Shown here piece by piece: positions 46,889 through 60,719 of a stretch of DNA of 64,000 bases. Positions within the stretch are counted from its first letter, which is position 1; each line of letters starts with the position of its first letter. This stretch comes from Thermoplasmata archaeon (GTDB lineage Archaea > Thermoplasmatota > Thermoplasmata > Thermoplasmatales > Thermoplasmataceae). The stretch lies in contig JAJZXU010000022.1 in the NCBI GenBank assembly GCA_021806235.1, forward strand, positions 12,606-76,605, written 5' to 3'. A model generated the notes under the pieces. That model ran no database searches, was not told the origin of the DNA, and worked only from the letters and a program-made list of their open reading frames with translations. The position numbers and the translations under genes were made by a program.

Positions 46889-47368
46889 ATGGCAAATAAG
46901 AATGCTGAAAACAACGAAGATAATGAGAATGATGAGAAGGTAGTTAGAAAGACTATATCCATAAAAGGGGTAAGTGCTGATTTATATAACAGAATACAGA
47001 AAATTTCAAACGAAACCGGAAAAACAATAGGACAGGTAACAGATGAAGCTTACAAATCATTTGTGGGATCTGTAAACAGTGCTAAAAATATATCACAGGG
47101 ATTTTTAAATGGAATAAAGGAAGGGTCGTCAAAGTTTATAGAGAATATAAAAGAACTTGAAATAACGGGTACCGACCTGGAGGAAATAGATAGAAAAATA
47201 ATATTCAAAAACATTGACATACTTACGTTTAAGGATATAGATAACGATACATTTGATAAATATGTGAATTCAATTGTGGTGGTAAAGACCATAATAATAC
47301 CTAAAACAGTAAGCAAAGCAAGGGTACTTTTAAAAAGTAATTTTGTTGATAAAATAATAACAGAATGA
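46889..47368 (+). CDS. Hypothetical protein with acidic N-terminus and possible ribbon-helix-helix segment
   Basis: KTISIKGVSADLYNRIQKISNETGKTIGQVTDEAYKSF resembles a beta-alpha-alpha RHH unit. The rest is unassigned. Confidence 0.45.
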   Translation: MANKNAENNEDNENDEKVVRKTISIKGVSADLYNRIQKISNETGKTIGQVTDEAYKSFVGSVNSAKNISQGFLNGIKEGSSKFIENIKELEITGTDLEEIDRKIIFKNIDILTFKDIDNDTFDKYVNSIVVVKTIIIPKTVSKARVLLKSNFVDKIITE

Positions 47369-47908
47369 TTATTTTATTTTATCCCTGTAAAAGAAAGAAC
47401 TTTCTATATCAGATATTATTATGCTATTTTTAATACTAAGAATATTTTCATATATTTTATTATGCAATGGGAGCCAGTATTTTTCCTCATAATCTGGATT
47501 TAAGGATAGCAAGAACTTATGTTTTGCCCTGAAAACGCTATCAGTAACATCCGAATTAACTGTTTCAGGATCCTTCCAGTAACCCTTCAGGTAGGAATCT
47601 ATCACCGTATTAATAATATCCAGTATATTTTTCTTTGTAATGTTTTCCGCATTTAAGGGTTTTATTTCATATTTATTTTTTATTTCATTATAGTAATTGC
47701 AATCTATACCATTAAAATAAAGGTTAAAATTTCCTTCCAGTAACATTATTTCTTTATAATTATCTCTGTTTTTCTCGTATTCATTTTCAGATATGTATGT
47801 TATAAAAATATTATTTATACCAAAACTCTTTACATATTCTGCAAAGACCTTATAGTTGTATCCTATTATATCTCCATGCATTCTGCCTATTGTAGATATT
47901 AGATTCAT
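47369..47908 (-). CDS. Hypothetical protein
   Basis: 179-aa ORF with no recognised motif. Confidence 0.45.
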   Translation of the reverse strand: MNLISTIGRMHGDIIGYNYKVFAEYVKSFGINNIFITYISENEYEKNRDNYKEIMLLEGNFNLYFNGIDCNYYNEIKNKYEIKPLNAENITKKNILDIINTVIDSYLKGYWKDPETVNSDVTDSVFRAKHKFLLSLNPDYEEKYWLPLHNKIYENILSIKNSIIISDIESSFFYRDKIK

Positions 47909-48005
47909 ATTACATGTATATCTAATAATTTAAAATATTTATCTAAATTTTACCATCTCATATTTCTATTTAGTAATTCATAATTGAATGCCATTAATTA
48001 ATAAC

Positions 48006-48842
48006 CTATCTATGAAATGTAAGAAAATCAATATCTGATAATCCGGAAAATTTAAAACTGTATTTTCTTTTTATTTTGGAATTATCCATATTATAATTGA
48101 GGTTGTTTTTATAAAATATTTTTATAAAGTTTGAATTACTCTCCCTTATGGAATTATATATTTTATTTCCGAAACAGTATAATGTCATGTGTTCATCAGA
48201 AGACATATTGAAGATTTCATTATTGTAATCATTAATTATTTTTTCCGTTAAACACGATAGATCCTTATTTAACAATGGATTGATTATTATATTGTCATTC
48301 ATTTTTAATGGTATCCCTGATCTTATAGCGGCTAATATATCCGTGTAAATATTATATGTGCATTTCCCATATGTTAATCCCCTACGTATTATAAGATAAT
48401 TATTGTTTTCCATTACTTTTTTTTCCGTCTCGCATTTTGTTTTTCCATATGCCGTTTCGGGTTCAATTTTATAATTTTCATCCTTTTTATCGTCCCCCGA
48501 TCTGTAAACGAACTGACTGGACATAAATACCTTTTTCCCGTTTTTGAATTTATTATTTATTACCTCCTGAATTTTTGAATTTAATGGTAATAGTTCTGAG
48601 TTTTTATTATAGAAGTCTATTTCAAAATTGTTTATAATAAAATCATATTCATCATTTAATGATAGTATATCATCAATAAAATTAATAAGGTTTGGTCTGG
48701 GATATAATATTTTTATTTTATATTCGCTCATATAATCCTTTGAAAACCTAAATCCGAAACTCTCATCCCCATCAAGAATTAATATCTTTTCCACGTATGT
48801 AAATACAATACACGGATATAAGTATAAATGTAATTCATTCAT
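48006..48842 (-). CDS. Extended-SDR (RmlD / NAD-dependent epimerase-like) protein with degenerate dinucleotide-binding motif
   Basis: YGKTK (YxxxK) is present. The expected GxxGxxG position reads ILILDGDESFG. An alternative GTG start is at 48794. Confidence 0.5.
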   Translation of the reverse strand: MNELHLYLYPCIVFTYVEKILILDGDESFGFRFSKDYMSEYKIKILYPRPNLINFIDDILSLNDEYDFIINNFEIDFYNKNSELLPLNSKIQEVINNKFKNGKKVFMSSQFVYRSGDDKKDENYKIEPETAYGKTKCETEKKVMENNNYLIIRRGLTYGKCTYNIYTDILAAIRSGIPLKMNDNIIINPLLNKDLSCLTEKIINDYNNEIFNMSSDEHMTLYCFGNKIYNSIRESNSNFIKIFYKNNLNYNMDNSKIKRKYSFKFSGLSDIDFLTFHR

Positions 48843-48911
48843 TAATAGTTTGCTTATAAATAGTTATCACATAAAGGTTTAAATAATCTATAGTAATTAA
48901 CTTAGTTATAG

Positions 48912-50108
48912 GTGATGAGAATAAAAAATAATAACGTTAATTATATTTACATGGTAATAACCATACTTGTAATGACCTTCTCGATGAGGGCAACAAATAA
49001 TATGGTAATTACAACAACACCCTTACTGGCGAAAATTGACCTACATTTTTCTGAATTCTACGTGGGTATAATTTCCACAGTAATATACCTGTTCATGTTT
49101 GTGGTTACCTTTTATATAAATCCCCGATTAAATCATAAATTAAGAAAAAAATTGTTTATAACTGCAAATGCTGCACTGATTTTTGTACTTTTATCATATT
49201 TCTTTGCAGATGCTATAACAATATGGCTCTCTTCAGCAATTGCGGGGCTTGCATATGGTATAATGCTGCCTAACCTTATAACATCATCATCCCTGTTAAA
49301 AGACCAGAAACAGAGAGAACGCCTAATATCCCTTTACTCTGTTGGATTAAGCCTGAGCCTGATACTTGGCCCATCCATAGAGTATTATCTTCTTACTATT
49401 GTTGATTATAGATACGTATTCCTATTTTTCATACCGGCAGTTTTTGTGGGATTTATTACATCCCTGTTCATAAAATTCCCTGAGACTAAGAATGAAACAA
49501 GAAAAAATGTATTGAAAAATGATGGATTAAAGGCAGCAATGCTGACAATAACGACCTATAATATACCTTTTGCCGCTCTGAGCATATTTCTAACCTTGTT
49601 CGCAATAAGCAGATTCCATGTGTCTGGTTCTGTTGCATACTCGCCATATATATATTTCTTCTCAGTTTCCCTTGCAACAAGATTCATGATGATGTTAAGA
49701 CCATTTAAAAGTATAAGATTACCCTTAATCTTCTCAATTGCAATTACCGGGCTTGTGTTGTCATTATTCCCATTTATTCCAGATTTTACTGCATTTATAG
49801 TATTAATGATGCTTTTAGGAATACCACACGGATCAATATTTCCCATATCAACAATCATGATATCCAGAGGTACAACACTTGAACAGAGAAATGCGGCAAA
49901 TTCCTATTTCATGGGATATAATAACATATTATTCATGATTGTACCCCTAATATTTGGTTACATAGTGGGAGTTATAGGATACGAAAATTCATTCCTTGTA
50001 CTGTTAATACCTGTGGTCATATCCGGTATATATCTATTTAAGATATATGGGGAAAATAAAATGTTCTTTCCCGGAAATAAAAAAATTAGTGCAAGTAAAA
50101 GCCTTTAA
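48912..50108 (+). CDS. MFS transporter
   Basis: About 12 hydrophobic segments, typical length. No riboswitch-like element upstream. Confidence 0.7.
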   Translation: MMRIKNNNVNYIYMVITILVMTFSMRATNNMVITTTPLLAKIDLHFSEFYVGIISTVIYLFMFVVTFYINPRLNHKLRKKLFITANAALIFVLLSYFFADAITIWLSSAIAGLAYGIMLPNLITSSSLLKDQKQRERLISLYSVGLSLSLILGPSIEYYLLTIVDYRYVFLFFIPAVFVGFITSLFIKFPETKNETRKNVLKNDGLKAAMLTITTYNIPFAALSIFLTLFAISRFHVSGSVAYSPYIYFFSVSLATRFMMMLRPFKSIRLPLIFSIAITGLVLSLFPFIPDFTAFIVLMMLLGIPHGSIFPISTIMISRGTTLEQRNAANSYFMGYNNILFMIVPLIFGYIVGVIGYENSFLVLLIPVVISGIYLFKIYGENKMFFPGNKKISASKSL

Positions 50109-50172
50109 ATAATTTTTATAAATTTTTCAAATGGCTCAAAAGATTTAATAATATAAATTTATATTATCTTTT

Positions 50173-50544
50173 ATGGGTTTAATACTGGCTTTAATTTCCA
50201 TAATAATAATGGTAATACTCATATCGATACCGATGTATATAGCATCAAAGATAGTTGTTCATAACAGGAATTCAACCTTTGGCAATGCAATACTATCAAC
50301 GATATTAACAGTATTTATCCTAGCATTTATATCATTATTTATACTGTTTATATTTGCACCACTTGCAATATTAGGCAATATACTGGCGTTTTTAATAACA
50401 TTTATTATATTATTATATACATATAATGGAATATACGGCATAAGCACATTGAGAAGCTTTGCCCTGGCAGTAATGGAATTAATAATATGGTATATATTTT
50501 TCATAATTACAGGAGACCTGTTTGTTTTTAAAACGGTACTGTAA
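50173..50544 (+). CDS. Hypothetical small membrane protein
   Basis: Four hydrophobic segments in 123 aa. Confidence 0.5.
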   Translation: MGLILALISIIIMVILISIPMYIASKIVVHNRNSTFGNAILSTILTVFILAFISLFILFIFAPLAILGNILAFLITFIILLYTYNGIYGISTLRSFALAVMELIIWYIFFIITGDLFVFKTVL

Positions 50545-50696
50545 AATTTAATTTTTTAATATGTATCAAGTTATAAAATAATTAACATTATAGTAAATTA
50601 CCGGCATATAATTTCTGTAACCGGTAAAATAGGGTACACTACAATAAAAATTTATATGTTAATAGTAATAATATTTACAGCTGTTTGGTCTATCTA

Positions 50697-51686
50697 TCAG
50701 GGTTTAAAACATAATAAAATATCATTAACAACCTGGGCTGCCGTTTCCAGTGGCCCATCATGCTTTTCAAATACTGTAATATCATCGTTATTGTCCGTTC
50801 TTTCCAGGTATCCCATGGATAATGCATCCATACATGATAGTGATTCATTCTTATTAATCTCAAAGAGTTTTGATTCAACGGTAAGTTTTGAGGTGTTGTT
50901 TATGTATGATAATATTCTATACATCTTGCCTGATTCTTTCATATATTCAATATTATCAAGGTTTTCTATACCCTCATAATATATATCTTTCAATGTAAAA
51001 CTCTTGTTTAACAGTGAATTCGCAATTATTACTGTTTTTCTTGCACCGTCAAGACCATTAATATCATCCGTATAATCAGTTTCAGCTATCCCCATATTCT
51101 GTGCTGTTTTTATTGCTTCCTTAAAATCTATATTACTTAATAACTGGTTTAAAACAAAATTTATTGTTGAGCTTACCTGGCCTTTAAATTCAAGTAGTTT
51201 TGATGATTTCAATGAATAATTATTCAAATTGAATAGGGGTACACCACCACCAACACATGATTCGTATAATATTTTTTTCCTGTTTTTTGATGCGGATTCC
51301 ATTATTTCTTTCCAGTGTAATGCCAGTGGGGCCTTATTTGAGGTAACGACGTTTTTATTACTCTCAAAGGCTTTTAAATATATGTTTTTACCATATAAAC
51401 CATCCCTGGTTGCCGGTGACATATCAACTATTAAATCAGTATCCGTGGAGAAAATCTCATCAAAGTTTATTTTTGTTTCAAGTTCATTTAATTCATTCCT
51501 TTCCTTGTACATTAAAATCTTATTTAAATCCAGACCATCTTTGTTATATACTGTATATTTTGAATCCGATACGCTTATGACACTTAAATCCAGATTGTAT
51601 CTGTTTTTAAAATACTCATAGTTGTCGTTTATTATCCCCAGAACAGCTTTTCCAATATGGCCTAGCCCTATAATAGAAATTTTCAT
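50697..51686 (-). CDS. hom: Homoserine dehydrogenase
   Basis: KISIIGLGHIGKAV, YESCVGGGVPL, ACT-less short form. Confidence 0.8.
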   Translation of the reverse strand: MKISIIGLGHIGKAVLGIINDNYEYFKNRYNLDLSVISVSDSKYTVYNKDGLDLNKILMYKERNELNELETKINFDEIFSTDTDLIVDMSPATRDGLYGKNIYLKAFESNKNVVTSNKAPLALHWKEIMESASKNRKKILYESCVGGGVPLFNLNNYSLKSSKLLEFKGQVSSTINFVLNQLLSNIDFKEAIKTAQNMGIAETDYTDDINGLDGARKTVIIANSLLNKSFTLKDIYYEGIENLDNIEYMKESGKMYRILSYINNTSKLTVESKLFEINKNESLSCMDALSMGYLERTDNNDDITVFEKHDGPLETAAQVVNDILLCFKP

Positions 51687-51769
51687 AGCTGTTAATGTGT
51701 AATGATTTTATAAAATTTTGTTTTCAATTAAAATATTATATATAAAATAAATATAACTATATAAAATAA

Positions 51770-54148
51770 TTATAAAACCGAGGCTGCAACAACCCTGTCA
51801 TCCTCATCCAGATTTATAAGTTTTACACCAGAGGAAACCCTTGATAATATCCTGATTTCATCACCTTTTAGCCTTATTGTTTTGTTATTCTTTGTTATTA
51901 TTAGTATTTCGTCCCCGTCCTTTACAGGCAGTGCTGTAACCAGAGATCCGGTTCTGTCGCTTTCCTTGAAAATCAGAGTACCGGAAGAACCTCTGTGGTG
52001 TATTGAAAATTCTGATATGTATGTTCTTTTTCCTATTCCGTTTTCAGAAATGGTCATTATTGTATCATTATCATCTACTAAAAATGAAGCTAGAAGCTCT
52101 GCACCGTTTAGTCTAATAGATTTAACCCCTCTGGATGTTCTACCAGTTAAAGATACCTCACTGGTTAAAAACACAGCAGCTTTTTTATTCGATGCCGTAA
52201 CGAATACTTTTGATGGTTTATTTGATGCCATTACAGAAACAACCTCATCATTTTCATCCAGTTTTATTATTTTTAATCCAGATTCTCTCATTGATAATAG
52301 TTCATTGGCAGATGTTTTTTTAATAAATCCTTTCTCCGTTGTTATTATTAAATAATTTTTATTATCCTTATTATCAAGGGCTTTCATTATCTGTTTTATT
52401 TTTTCATTTTCATTTAATTTTAAAAATGTACTTGCTATGCTTCCCAGTGAAGTCCTTGATTTTCTCTCTATTGTATACGCCTTTGCCTTCAATACCCTTC
52501 CCGTATTTGTAAAGAAATATATTACATCGTGCGACATGCAGGATAAAATGCTTTTTACATTATCCTCCTTCCGTGTATTTGTAATTATTCCCTTGCCACC
52601 ACGTTTCTGAACGTTGTATTCCTCTGATGAAACACGTTTTATTAAACCATTTTCACTTAATATCAGTATAGATTCTTCGTTTGGAATTAGATCTTCATCA
52701 TTCCTTTCATCTATACCCCTGTTTAAAATTTTGGTTCTTCTTTCATCACCGTATGATTTTTTAATTTCCAGTATTTCATTTTTTAATACTTCTCTTCTTG
52801 CATTATCATTATTTATTATTTCATTTAATTTTTTGATATTTTCCTTGATGGTTACCAGTTCGTCCTCTATTTTTTTAATTTCTAAACCTGTTAATCTCTG
52901 TAATCTCATATCTAATATGGCATTTGCCTGCTTTTCCGACAGGTTTAATCTACTCATCAAAGAACTTCTTGCAGTATCGGTTGTTTCAGATGACCTTATT
53001 ATTTTTATTACATCATCGATATTTTTTAATGCTATGCTTAAGCCCAGCAATATATGTTCACGGTCCAGTAGCTTATTTACATCGTATACTGACCTTTTTT
53101 TAATGATGTTCATTCTGAAATTTAAAAATCCATTTACCATTTCAGATAGATTCATGACCTTCGGCTCGTTATTTAAAAGTACCAGGTTATTGACACTTAT
53201 AGACGTTTCCAGTGCGGTATGCTCATATAATTGATTTATTGTTAGCCCTTTACTATCATCGTTCTTTATTTTTATTACTATTCTTATTCCGTTTCTGTCA
53301 CTTTCATCCCTTATATCCGATATATTATTTATTATACCATTTTTTACCTGCTCTGCAACGTTCTGAATGTATACCGCCTTATTAACGCCATATGGCAGGG
53401 TTTTTATTATTATTCTTTTTTTATCCTCAGTAATTTCTCCCTGGCATAATACCTTACCATGGCCTGTTCTGTATATATTCAGCAAATCAGAGCTGTTATA
53501 TATAATTCCACCGCCGGGGAAATCTGGACCCTTTACAAATTTTAATAAATCATTTATATCACAGTCCGGATTTTCAAGGGCAAATAACATTGCATCTGAC
53601 ACCTCTGTTAGATTATGTGGCACCATATTAGTTGCCATGCCCACGGCTATTCCGGATGTACCGTTTATGAGTAACTGCGGTATTTTCGATGGCATATAAA
53701 CAGGCTCATTTAATGAACCGTCAAAATTTGGCATGAAATCAACTGTATTTTTTTCTATGTCCCTGATCATTTCCTCTGATATTTTATCCAGCCTTGCCTC
53801 TGTATACCTCATTGCTGCAGGTGAATCACCATCTATTGATCCAAAATTGCCCTGGCCATCAATTAATGTATATCTTAATGAAAAATCCTGTGCCATCCTT
53901 GCCAGTGCGTCATATATTGATGAATCACCGTGTGGATGGTATTTACCCATTGTTTCTCCTATAATACGTGCCGACTTTTTATATGGTTTATCATGTGTAA
54001 CACCAAGCTCATACATTGAATATATAATTCTTCTCTGAACCGGCTTTAAGCCATCCCTGAAATCGGGTATAGCCCTGCTCACAATTACACTCATTGCATA
54101 ATCTAAATATGAAGTTTTAATTTCTTCCTCTATAGGCCTCATTAACAT
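51770..54148 (-). CDS. gyrA: DNA gyrase subunit A
   Basis: [57 protein letters not shown] (catalytic Tyr), C-terminal beta-pinwheel repeats. Confidence 0.95.
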   Translation of the reverse strand: MLMRPIEEEIKTSYLDYAMSVIVSRAIPDFRDGLKPVQRRIIYSMYELGVTHDKPYKKSARIIGETMGKYHPHGDSSIYDALARMAQDFSLRYTLIDGQGNFGSIDGDSPAAMRYTEARLDKISEEMIRDIEKNTVDFMPNFDGSLNEPVYMPSKIPQLLINGTSGIAVGMATNMVPHNLTEVSDAMLFALENPDCDINDLLKFVKGPDFPGGGIIYNSSDLLNIYRTGHGKVLCQGEITEDKKRIIIKTLPYGVNKAVYIQNVAEQVKNGIINNISDIRDESDRNGIRIVIKIKNDDSKGLTINQLYEHTALETSISVNNLVLLNNEPKVMNLSEMVNGFLNFRMNIIKKRSVYDVNKLLDREHILLGLSIALKNIDDVIKIIRSSETTDTARSSLMSRLNLSEKQANAILDMRLQRLTGLEIKKIEDELVTIKENIKKLNEIINNDNARREVLKNEILEIKKSYGDERRTKILNRGIDERNDEDLIPNEESILILSENGLIKRVSSEEYNVQKRGGKGIITNTRKEDNVKSILSCMSHDVIYFFTNTGRVLKAKAYTIERKSRTSLGSIASTFLKLNENEKIKQIMKALDNKDNKNYLIITTEKGFIKKTSANELLSMRESGLKIIKLDENDEVVSVMASNKPSKVFVTASNKKAAVFLTSEVSLTGRTSRGVKSIRLNGAELLASFLVDDNDTIMTISENGIGKRTYISEFSIHHRGSSGTLIFKESDRTGSLVTALPVKDGDEILIITKNNKTIRLKGDEIRILSRVSSGVKLINLDEDDRVVAASVL

Positions 54149-54160
54149 TTTTTATTCACC

Positions 54161-56212
<2,052 letters not shown>

Positions 56213-56305
56213 TCATTAAAAATTTTTTATTATATATTTATTTAAAAATATAATTTTTTTATGGTTCGATATCAATATTTAATTATTTATAAATGATATG
56301 TTATA

Positions 56306-56986
56306 ATGGAAATCATAAACTCCGGTGGCTGGAAGGTTTATATAAATTTATTTGAAAATGAAAATATTAGTAACTGTGTGAGAAAAATAGTGGATACAGA
56401 TAATAGTAACAGTAATTACTCAGTTAAAAAAAACAATTTTAAACATAATTTTGATAAAAAATATTTGCCGTTAATATATGATAATTTGAATAATACCTGT
56501 TATTTAGCTTTGGGTTTTGTTTATGATGAATACGGACATTTAAGTTTTAACAGAATAGAAAAGAGAAATCAGAACTATTATATTTATATTTCAAATAAAA
56601 AATATTTTGATAATAAAAAGGGAAAGATAAGGGTAAAAATATTCAATACATTTTCATTAAAACATATCTTTGCTGCATCATTTCCAGTAAAAAACAGGGA
56701 ATTTATTTTAAACTATGATAATAATAACAGCTTTATTTATGATATTATACCATATGATACGAATTTCATTATAGATGCAGAGATCCTGAGAGAGTATAAA
56801 ACATTCAATGAAAATATATCATTCGGGGAAGATATTATAAACAGTGATATGGTTTATAATAAATTGAAGATAAAAAATATAAAATTTAATAAAAAGGAAT
56901 GTTATGGCATAATTCAGGGAGGGCCTGACCATAGATTCCTTTATAATCTTGGTAAGGAGATAAACTATAATGTTCAAAGAATTTAA
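56306..56986 (+). CDS. Hypothetical Asn-rich protein
   Basis: 226-aa ORF with no recognised motif. Confidence 0.4.
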   Translation: MEIINSGGWKVYINLFENENISNCVRKIVDTDNSNSNYSVKKNNFKHNFDKKYLPLIYDNLNNTCYLALGFVYDEYGHLSFNRIEKRNQNYYIYISNKKYFDNKKGKIRVKIFNTFSLKHIFAASFPVKNREFILNYDNNNSFIYDIIPYDTNFIIDAEILREYKTFNENISFGEDIINSDMVYNKLKIKNIKFNKKECYGIIQGGPDHRFLYNLGKEINYNVQRI

Positions 56987-57226
56987 TTATTTTTTTAGAA
57001 AGATATCAATTTCACTGCCGTTATCATTAAAATCAAATAATTCCAGTTTTGAATATTTTGCAAGTTCCTCAAATTTTTCTTTTTTAAATGGAAATTTTTC
57101 CTTAGATGCAATTATTTTAATTTCTTCCCCATCATCGAGATCAAAATATAACCCCTTGAAATATGCCTTTAAATAATTTTCAGGGTCACCACCACATACT
57201 ACTTTCCTCTGATCCTCAGTTCTCAT
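56987..57226 (-). CDS. Hypothetical small acidic protein
   Basis: 79-aa ORF. Its stop abuts the stop of the convergent gene. Confidence 0.35.
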   Translation of the reverse strand: MRTEDQRKVVCGGDPENYLKAYFKGLYFDLDDGEEIKIIASKEKFPFKKEKFEELAKYSKLELFDFNDNGSEIDIFLKK

Positions 57227-57301
57227 GCTAATATTATTACTTTTAAGGATTTACAGTTTACTATTTATTAATTTAAATTGAGAATTTTGTGTGTTAAAAA
57301 A

Positions 57302-58954
57302 TTATTTGTGCAGAAAGTATCCTTCACTGCCGTTCAGGTTTACATAGCCAAATCTCTCTAACTGGACAACCTCTTTTTTATTAGATGCCAGTGGTTCTAT
57401 CATACCGGATTCCACAGATCCATCCGGATAATATATTTTAATACCACCTGAATTCTCAGGAACCCACTGTATTATTTTTACTTTTTTATCTATATCCTCA
57501 GATATGTAATCCAGAGAATTGGCATGTTTTGTTACAACACATAAATCCTTTAACCTGATAGTTTCACTGTCTTTTAGTTTTTCAAATTCTTTCCCGGGAA
57601 AATATATATTTGAATTCTTATCCAGATCGTATTCTCTGCAGCCCAGATCAGGCCTCTGTGGATGAAACATTGCATGGCTCTTCAATTTTTTACTGTTTTT
57701 AATATTAAATTTTTCCGGCTCAGGCACAAAGAAATATCTCATTGTATTATAATCTATTATTTCCCTGTTCATTGAATTAAATATTTCCCATGAAAATGTT
57801 GCATTGTTTTTATTCATTCCTGAAGATACCCAGTATTTTCTAAAGGTTTCAGGCATGTATCCTCTTTTTTTCAGTGCCCTTATTGTACCTAGCCTTATAT
57901 CATTCCATCCAGAATATTTGCCCGATCTTATTCCATCCTTCATTAGCGTTGTTTTTAATACTGTACCGGGTATATTTATAAATCCATAATGAAAATACTC
58001 CGGTATTTTCCAGCCATTGCATTTAAATACATATTCCTGTTTTTCTGTGTTCACCAGGTGATCTATTCCCCTTATTACGTGTGTTAAACCTAAATAATGG
58101 TCATCAACCGATACCGAAAAATTCATTGTTGGATATAAGATGTATTTGTCTCCAGTTAATGGATGCTTTTTATAATTTAGCCTGAAGGCAATCCAGTCTC
58201 TTATGGAAGGGTTTGGGTGATTTATATCTGTTTTCATTACAACAGCGGCCTTACCTTCCTCATATTTGCCCTCAAGTAGTTTATCAAATCTTTCCAGATG
58301 TATTTCAGGGTCATAATCCCTGCATTTAACCGGTATTTTTTTCAATTTTAAATCATGGAATTCCGCCTGATTCTCCTCTATTACGTACATAAACCCCTTT
58401 GATATCATTTTTCTTGCTTCTTTATAATAAAAATCCATTCTTGATGACTGTATTACCTTTTTTGTTACATTAACATTTAGCCATTCTAAATCCTCTGGTA
58501 TCATGTCGTATGCATCTATATCTACATTTGCCGGGTTCGTATCCTCTATCCTTAATATTAGGTCCCCGCCATATTTTTTCACATATTCATCATTTAAAAT
58601 TGCCATTCTTGAATGGCCTATATGCAATGGCCCGGATGGGGATGGTGCCATTCTCATCACCACTCTGCCATGAACATTTTCCAGATCTGGTAAATTATGT
58701 TTTTCCTCCTTTTTTTCTTTTATTAAAAATTCAGGATATTCTGTATTAACTATTTCTATAATCTGATCTTTGCTTAAGGAATTAACAGTATCTACCCCTG
58801 CCTTTACATCCTCAATTATAGATTTTACATTTTTCCTTAAATCTGGATTTTCCGCAATTAATTTACTTACGACCGAAGAAATATCAGCTTTGCCATCATG
58901 TAAATATGCATTTTTAATAGCCTGTTTCCTGATTTCTTGCAACATAATAATCAT
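57302..58954 (-). CDS. gltX: Glutamyl-tRNA synthetase (archaeal/eukaryal type)
   Basis: [20 protein letters not shown] (HIGH), RIEDTNP, class I core. Start at 58954 or 58945. Confidence 0.9.
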   Translation of the reverse strand: MIIMLQEIRKQAIKNAYLHDGKADISSVVSKLIAENPDLRKNVKSIIEDVKAGVDTVNSLSKDQIIEIVNTEYPEFLIKEKKEEKHNLPDLENVHGRVVMRMAPSPSGPLHIGHSRMAILNDEYVKKYGGDLILRIEDTNPANVDIDAYDMIPEDLEWLNVNVTKKVIQSSRMDFYYKEARKMISKGFMYVIEENQAEFHDLKLKKIPVKCRDYDPEIHLERFDKLLEGKYEEGKAAVVMKTDINHPNPSIRDWIAFRLNYKKHPLTGDKYILYPTMNFSVSVDDHYLGLTHVIRGIDHLVNTEKQEYVFKCNGWKIPEYFHYGFINIPGTVLKTTLMKDGIRSGKYSGWNDIRLGTIRALKKRGYMPETFRKYWVSSGMNKNNATFSWEIFNSMNREIIDYNTMRYFFVPEPEKFNIKNSKKLKSHAMFHPQRPDLGCREYDLDKNSNIYFPGKEFEKLKDSETIRLKDLCVVTKHANSLDYISEDIDKKVKIIQWVPENSGGIKIYYPDGSVESGMIEPLASNKKEVVQLERFGYVNLNGSEGYFLHK

Positions 58955-59897
58955 TTACCCCCCTTTCTATAATGCTATTAAGTTCGTCCAGTCCCTGTTT
59001 AGTAACTGTTGATATGCATATATCCTCCATTCTATCACACATATCTATTTTTGTTTGAATCCTTATTATTTTATTATTGAATGTGCCTGATATTTCATTG
59101 TATAAATTATTCTGCTCTTCTACCGTATATTTTGAAGTGTTTGAATAATCAAATAAAAACAGTATTGTGCCTTCTATTTTTGATAATGCAATTATTGCCC
59201 TTTTTTCTATATCATTTCTTTTGCTCATATCACGGTCTAAAATTCCAGGCGTATCTATAAACTGGACCTTTCTTGAATTTATATTTTTATACCCAAGCAA
59301 TATCTCCTTTGTGGTGAATGGATAGCTTGCTATTTCCGTATTTGTCCCCGTTAATTTTGTTATCAGTGAACTTTTTCCTGAATTGGGTATACCCGCAATA
59401 ATAAACGTCGGTATATTCATTATTATCCCCGGTAATCTTTTTAAATAATTTTTGCACTCACCTAAGTATAATAAATCCTTATTTATATTATTAATTAATG
59501 ATGAAAACCTGCCATAATATGTCTTCATAACACTATTCATATTATCTATGGTTTTCAGTGACTTTAACTTTTTAATGTATACTGTGCTAAAATCCTTTAT
59601 TTTATTTGTTGTCCACTGTATATTTCCAAGACTTAGCTTATATTTATCCACATCAAACATTAAATCTATTAAATCGTAATAAAATGGGTTTAATGTCTCT
59701 ATTGTTGGGAACTTCCTTATTAGTTTATCCAGATGGCCACATGCTATACTCTCTATCGTTGATATTCTGTCCGTTATCTCCTTTCTTATTTTATCCTCCT
59801 TTTTTGGAAAATATGGCTCAACAATATTTGAAGCCTTATGAAAGGATTTGTCTATTATTTCCTGTGATCTTAAAACTGTGGGTATATAATCAAACAT
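58914..59897 (-). CDS. NOG1-family GTPase
   Basis: NOG1-like helical N-terminus, G1 [11 protein letters not shown]2 FTT, G3 DTPG, TKIDM. Confidence 0.8.
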   Translation of the reverse strand: MFDYIPTVLRSQEIIDKSFHKASNIVEPYFPKKEDKIRKEITDRISTIESIACGHLDKLIRKFPTIETLNPFYYDLIDLMFDVDKYKLSLGNIQWTTNKIKDFSTVYIKKLKSLKTIDNMNSVMKTYYGRFSSLINNINKDLLYLGECKNYLKRLPGIIMNIPTFIIAGIPNSGKSSLITKLTGTNTEIASYPFTTKEILLGYKNINSRKVQFIDTPGILDRDMSKRNDIEKRAIIALSKIEGTILFLFDYSNTSKYTVEEQNNLYNEISGTFNNKIIRIQTKIDMCDRMEDICISTVTKQGLDELNSIIERGVNDYYVARNQETGY

Positions 59898-60010
59898 GTA
59901 TCTTTATTTCAATGTGGTTAATATTCTTTTCATTTTCCATTGTATGATAGGGGATATTGTGGTTCGTTAATTTCTGTATGTGTTTTTATTAATTATGGCA
60001 ACCAGATTTT

Positions 60011-60676
60011 ATGCATAAATTATTTAATAATTTATTGATATACCCTAAAATGGTCAATACAGCAGAAGTGGTGAGGGAATATCTACGGAAAAATCCGGAT
60101 ATAGGTGAAAAACTTAATACAGGCATAATAAATTTATCGGCTCTTGCAAGGCTTATAATGGAGCATGAATCACTTGATGATTTTGATGCTGTTTTAGCCG
60201 CAATAAAGAGATGTAAAAATAATAGGCCATTTGCTTCCGGATCCGATACCTTAAACGATTCAAATTTAGAGATGGTCTCTGATATGGCTATGATAATTTT
60301 AAAAAGGAGTTACAGCAATATTAAGATAATATCGAATATAATAAACAATGCAAAGAAAATAAATTCAATCAGATTTGTAGATACCACCGGGGGGTTTTCC
60401 ATAATAACTGATAAAATTTTGGTAGATAAAATATTAACATTTTTCCCCGAAGATCAGATACTGAAAGTTCAGAGGAACCTTGGAGGTTTAATAATAGTAA
60501 GTCCGGAAAAAATAGAAAGGGCAAAGGGTTATGTAAATTATATAACAATGCTGCTATACCGGGCAGATATCAATATTGTACATCTTATATCAGTTTATAA
60601 CGATACTACAATTATTCTTGAAAACAGGGATCTGACAGATGCATTTAAGATAATTTCATCCAAGATAATGGAATAA
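60011..60676 (+). CDS. Hypothetical protein with ACT-like C-terminal domain
   Basis: LIIVSPEKIERAKGYVNYITMLLYRADINIVHLISVYNDTTIILE resembles an ACT fold. Start may be ATG 60050. Confidence 0.45.
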   Translation: MHKLFNNLLIYPKMVNTAEVVREYLRKNPDIGEKLNTGIINLSALARLIMEHESLDDFDAVLAAIKRCKNNRPFASGSDTLNDSNLEMVSDMAMIILKRSYSNIKIISNIINNAKKINSIRFVDTTGGFSIITDKILVDKILTFFPEDQILKVQRNLGGLIIVSPEKIERAKGYVNYITMLLYRADINIVHLISVYNDTTIILENRDLTDAFKIISSKIME

Positions 60677-60719
60677 TACCTATAATTAATTTAAAATATA
60701 CCGTTAATATCCATTATAT

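Noticed and set aside
50598-50627. Hairpin TTACCGG-N16-CCGGTAA between convergent genes, as a bidirectional terminator
   Set aside because: It has only 7 bp and a large loop. Archaeal termination relies mainly on oligo-T, and most other convergent pairs here have no spacer at all. It is too weak to annotate.
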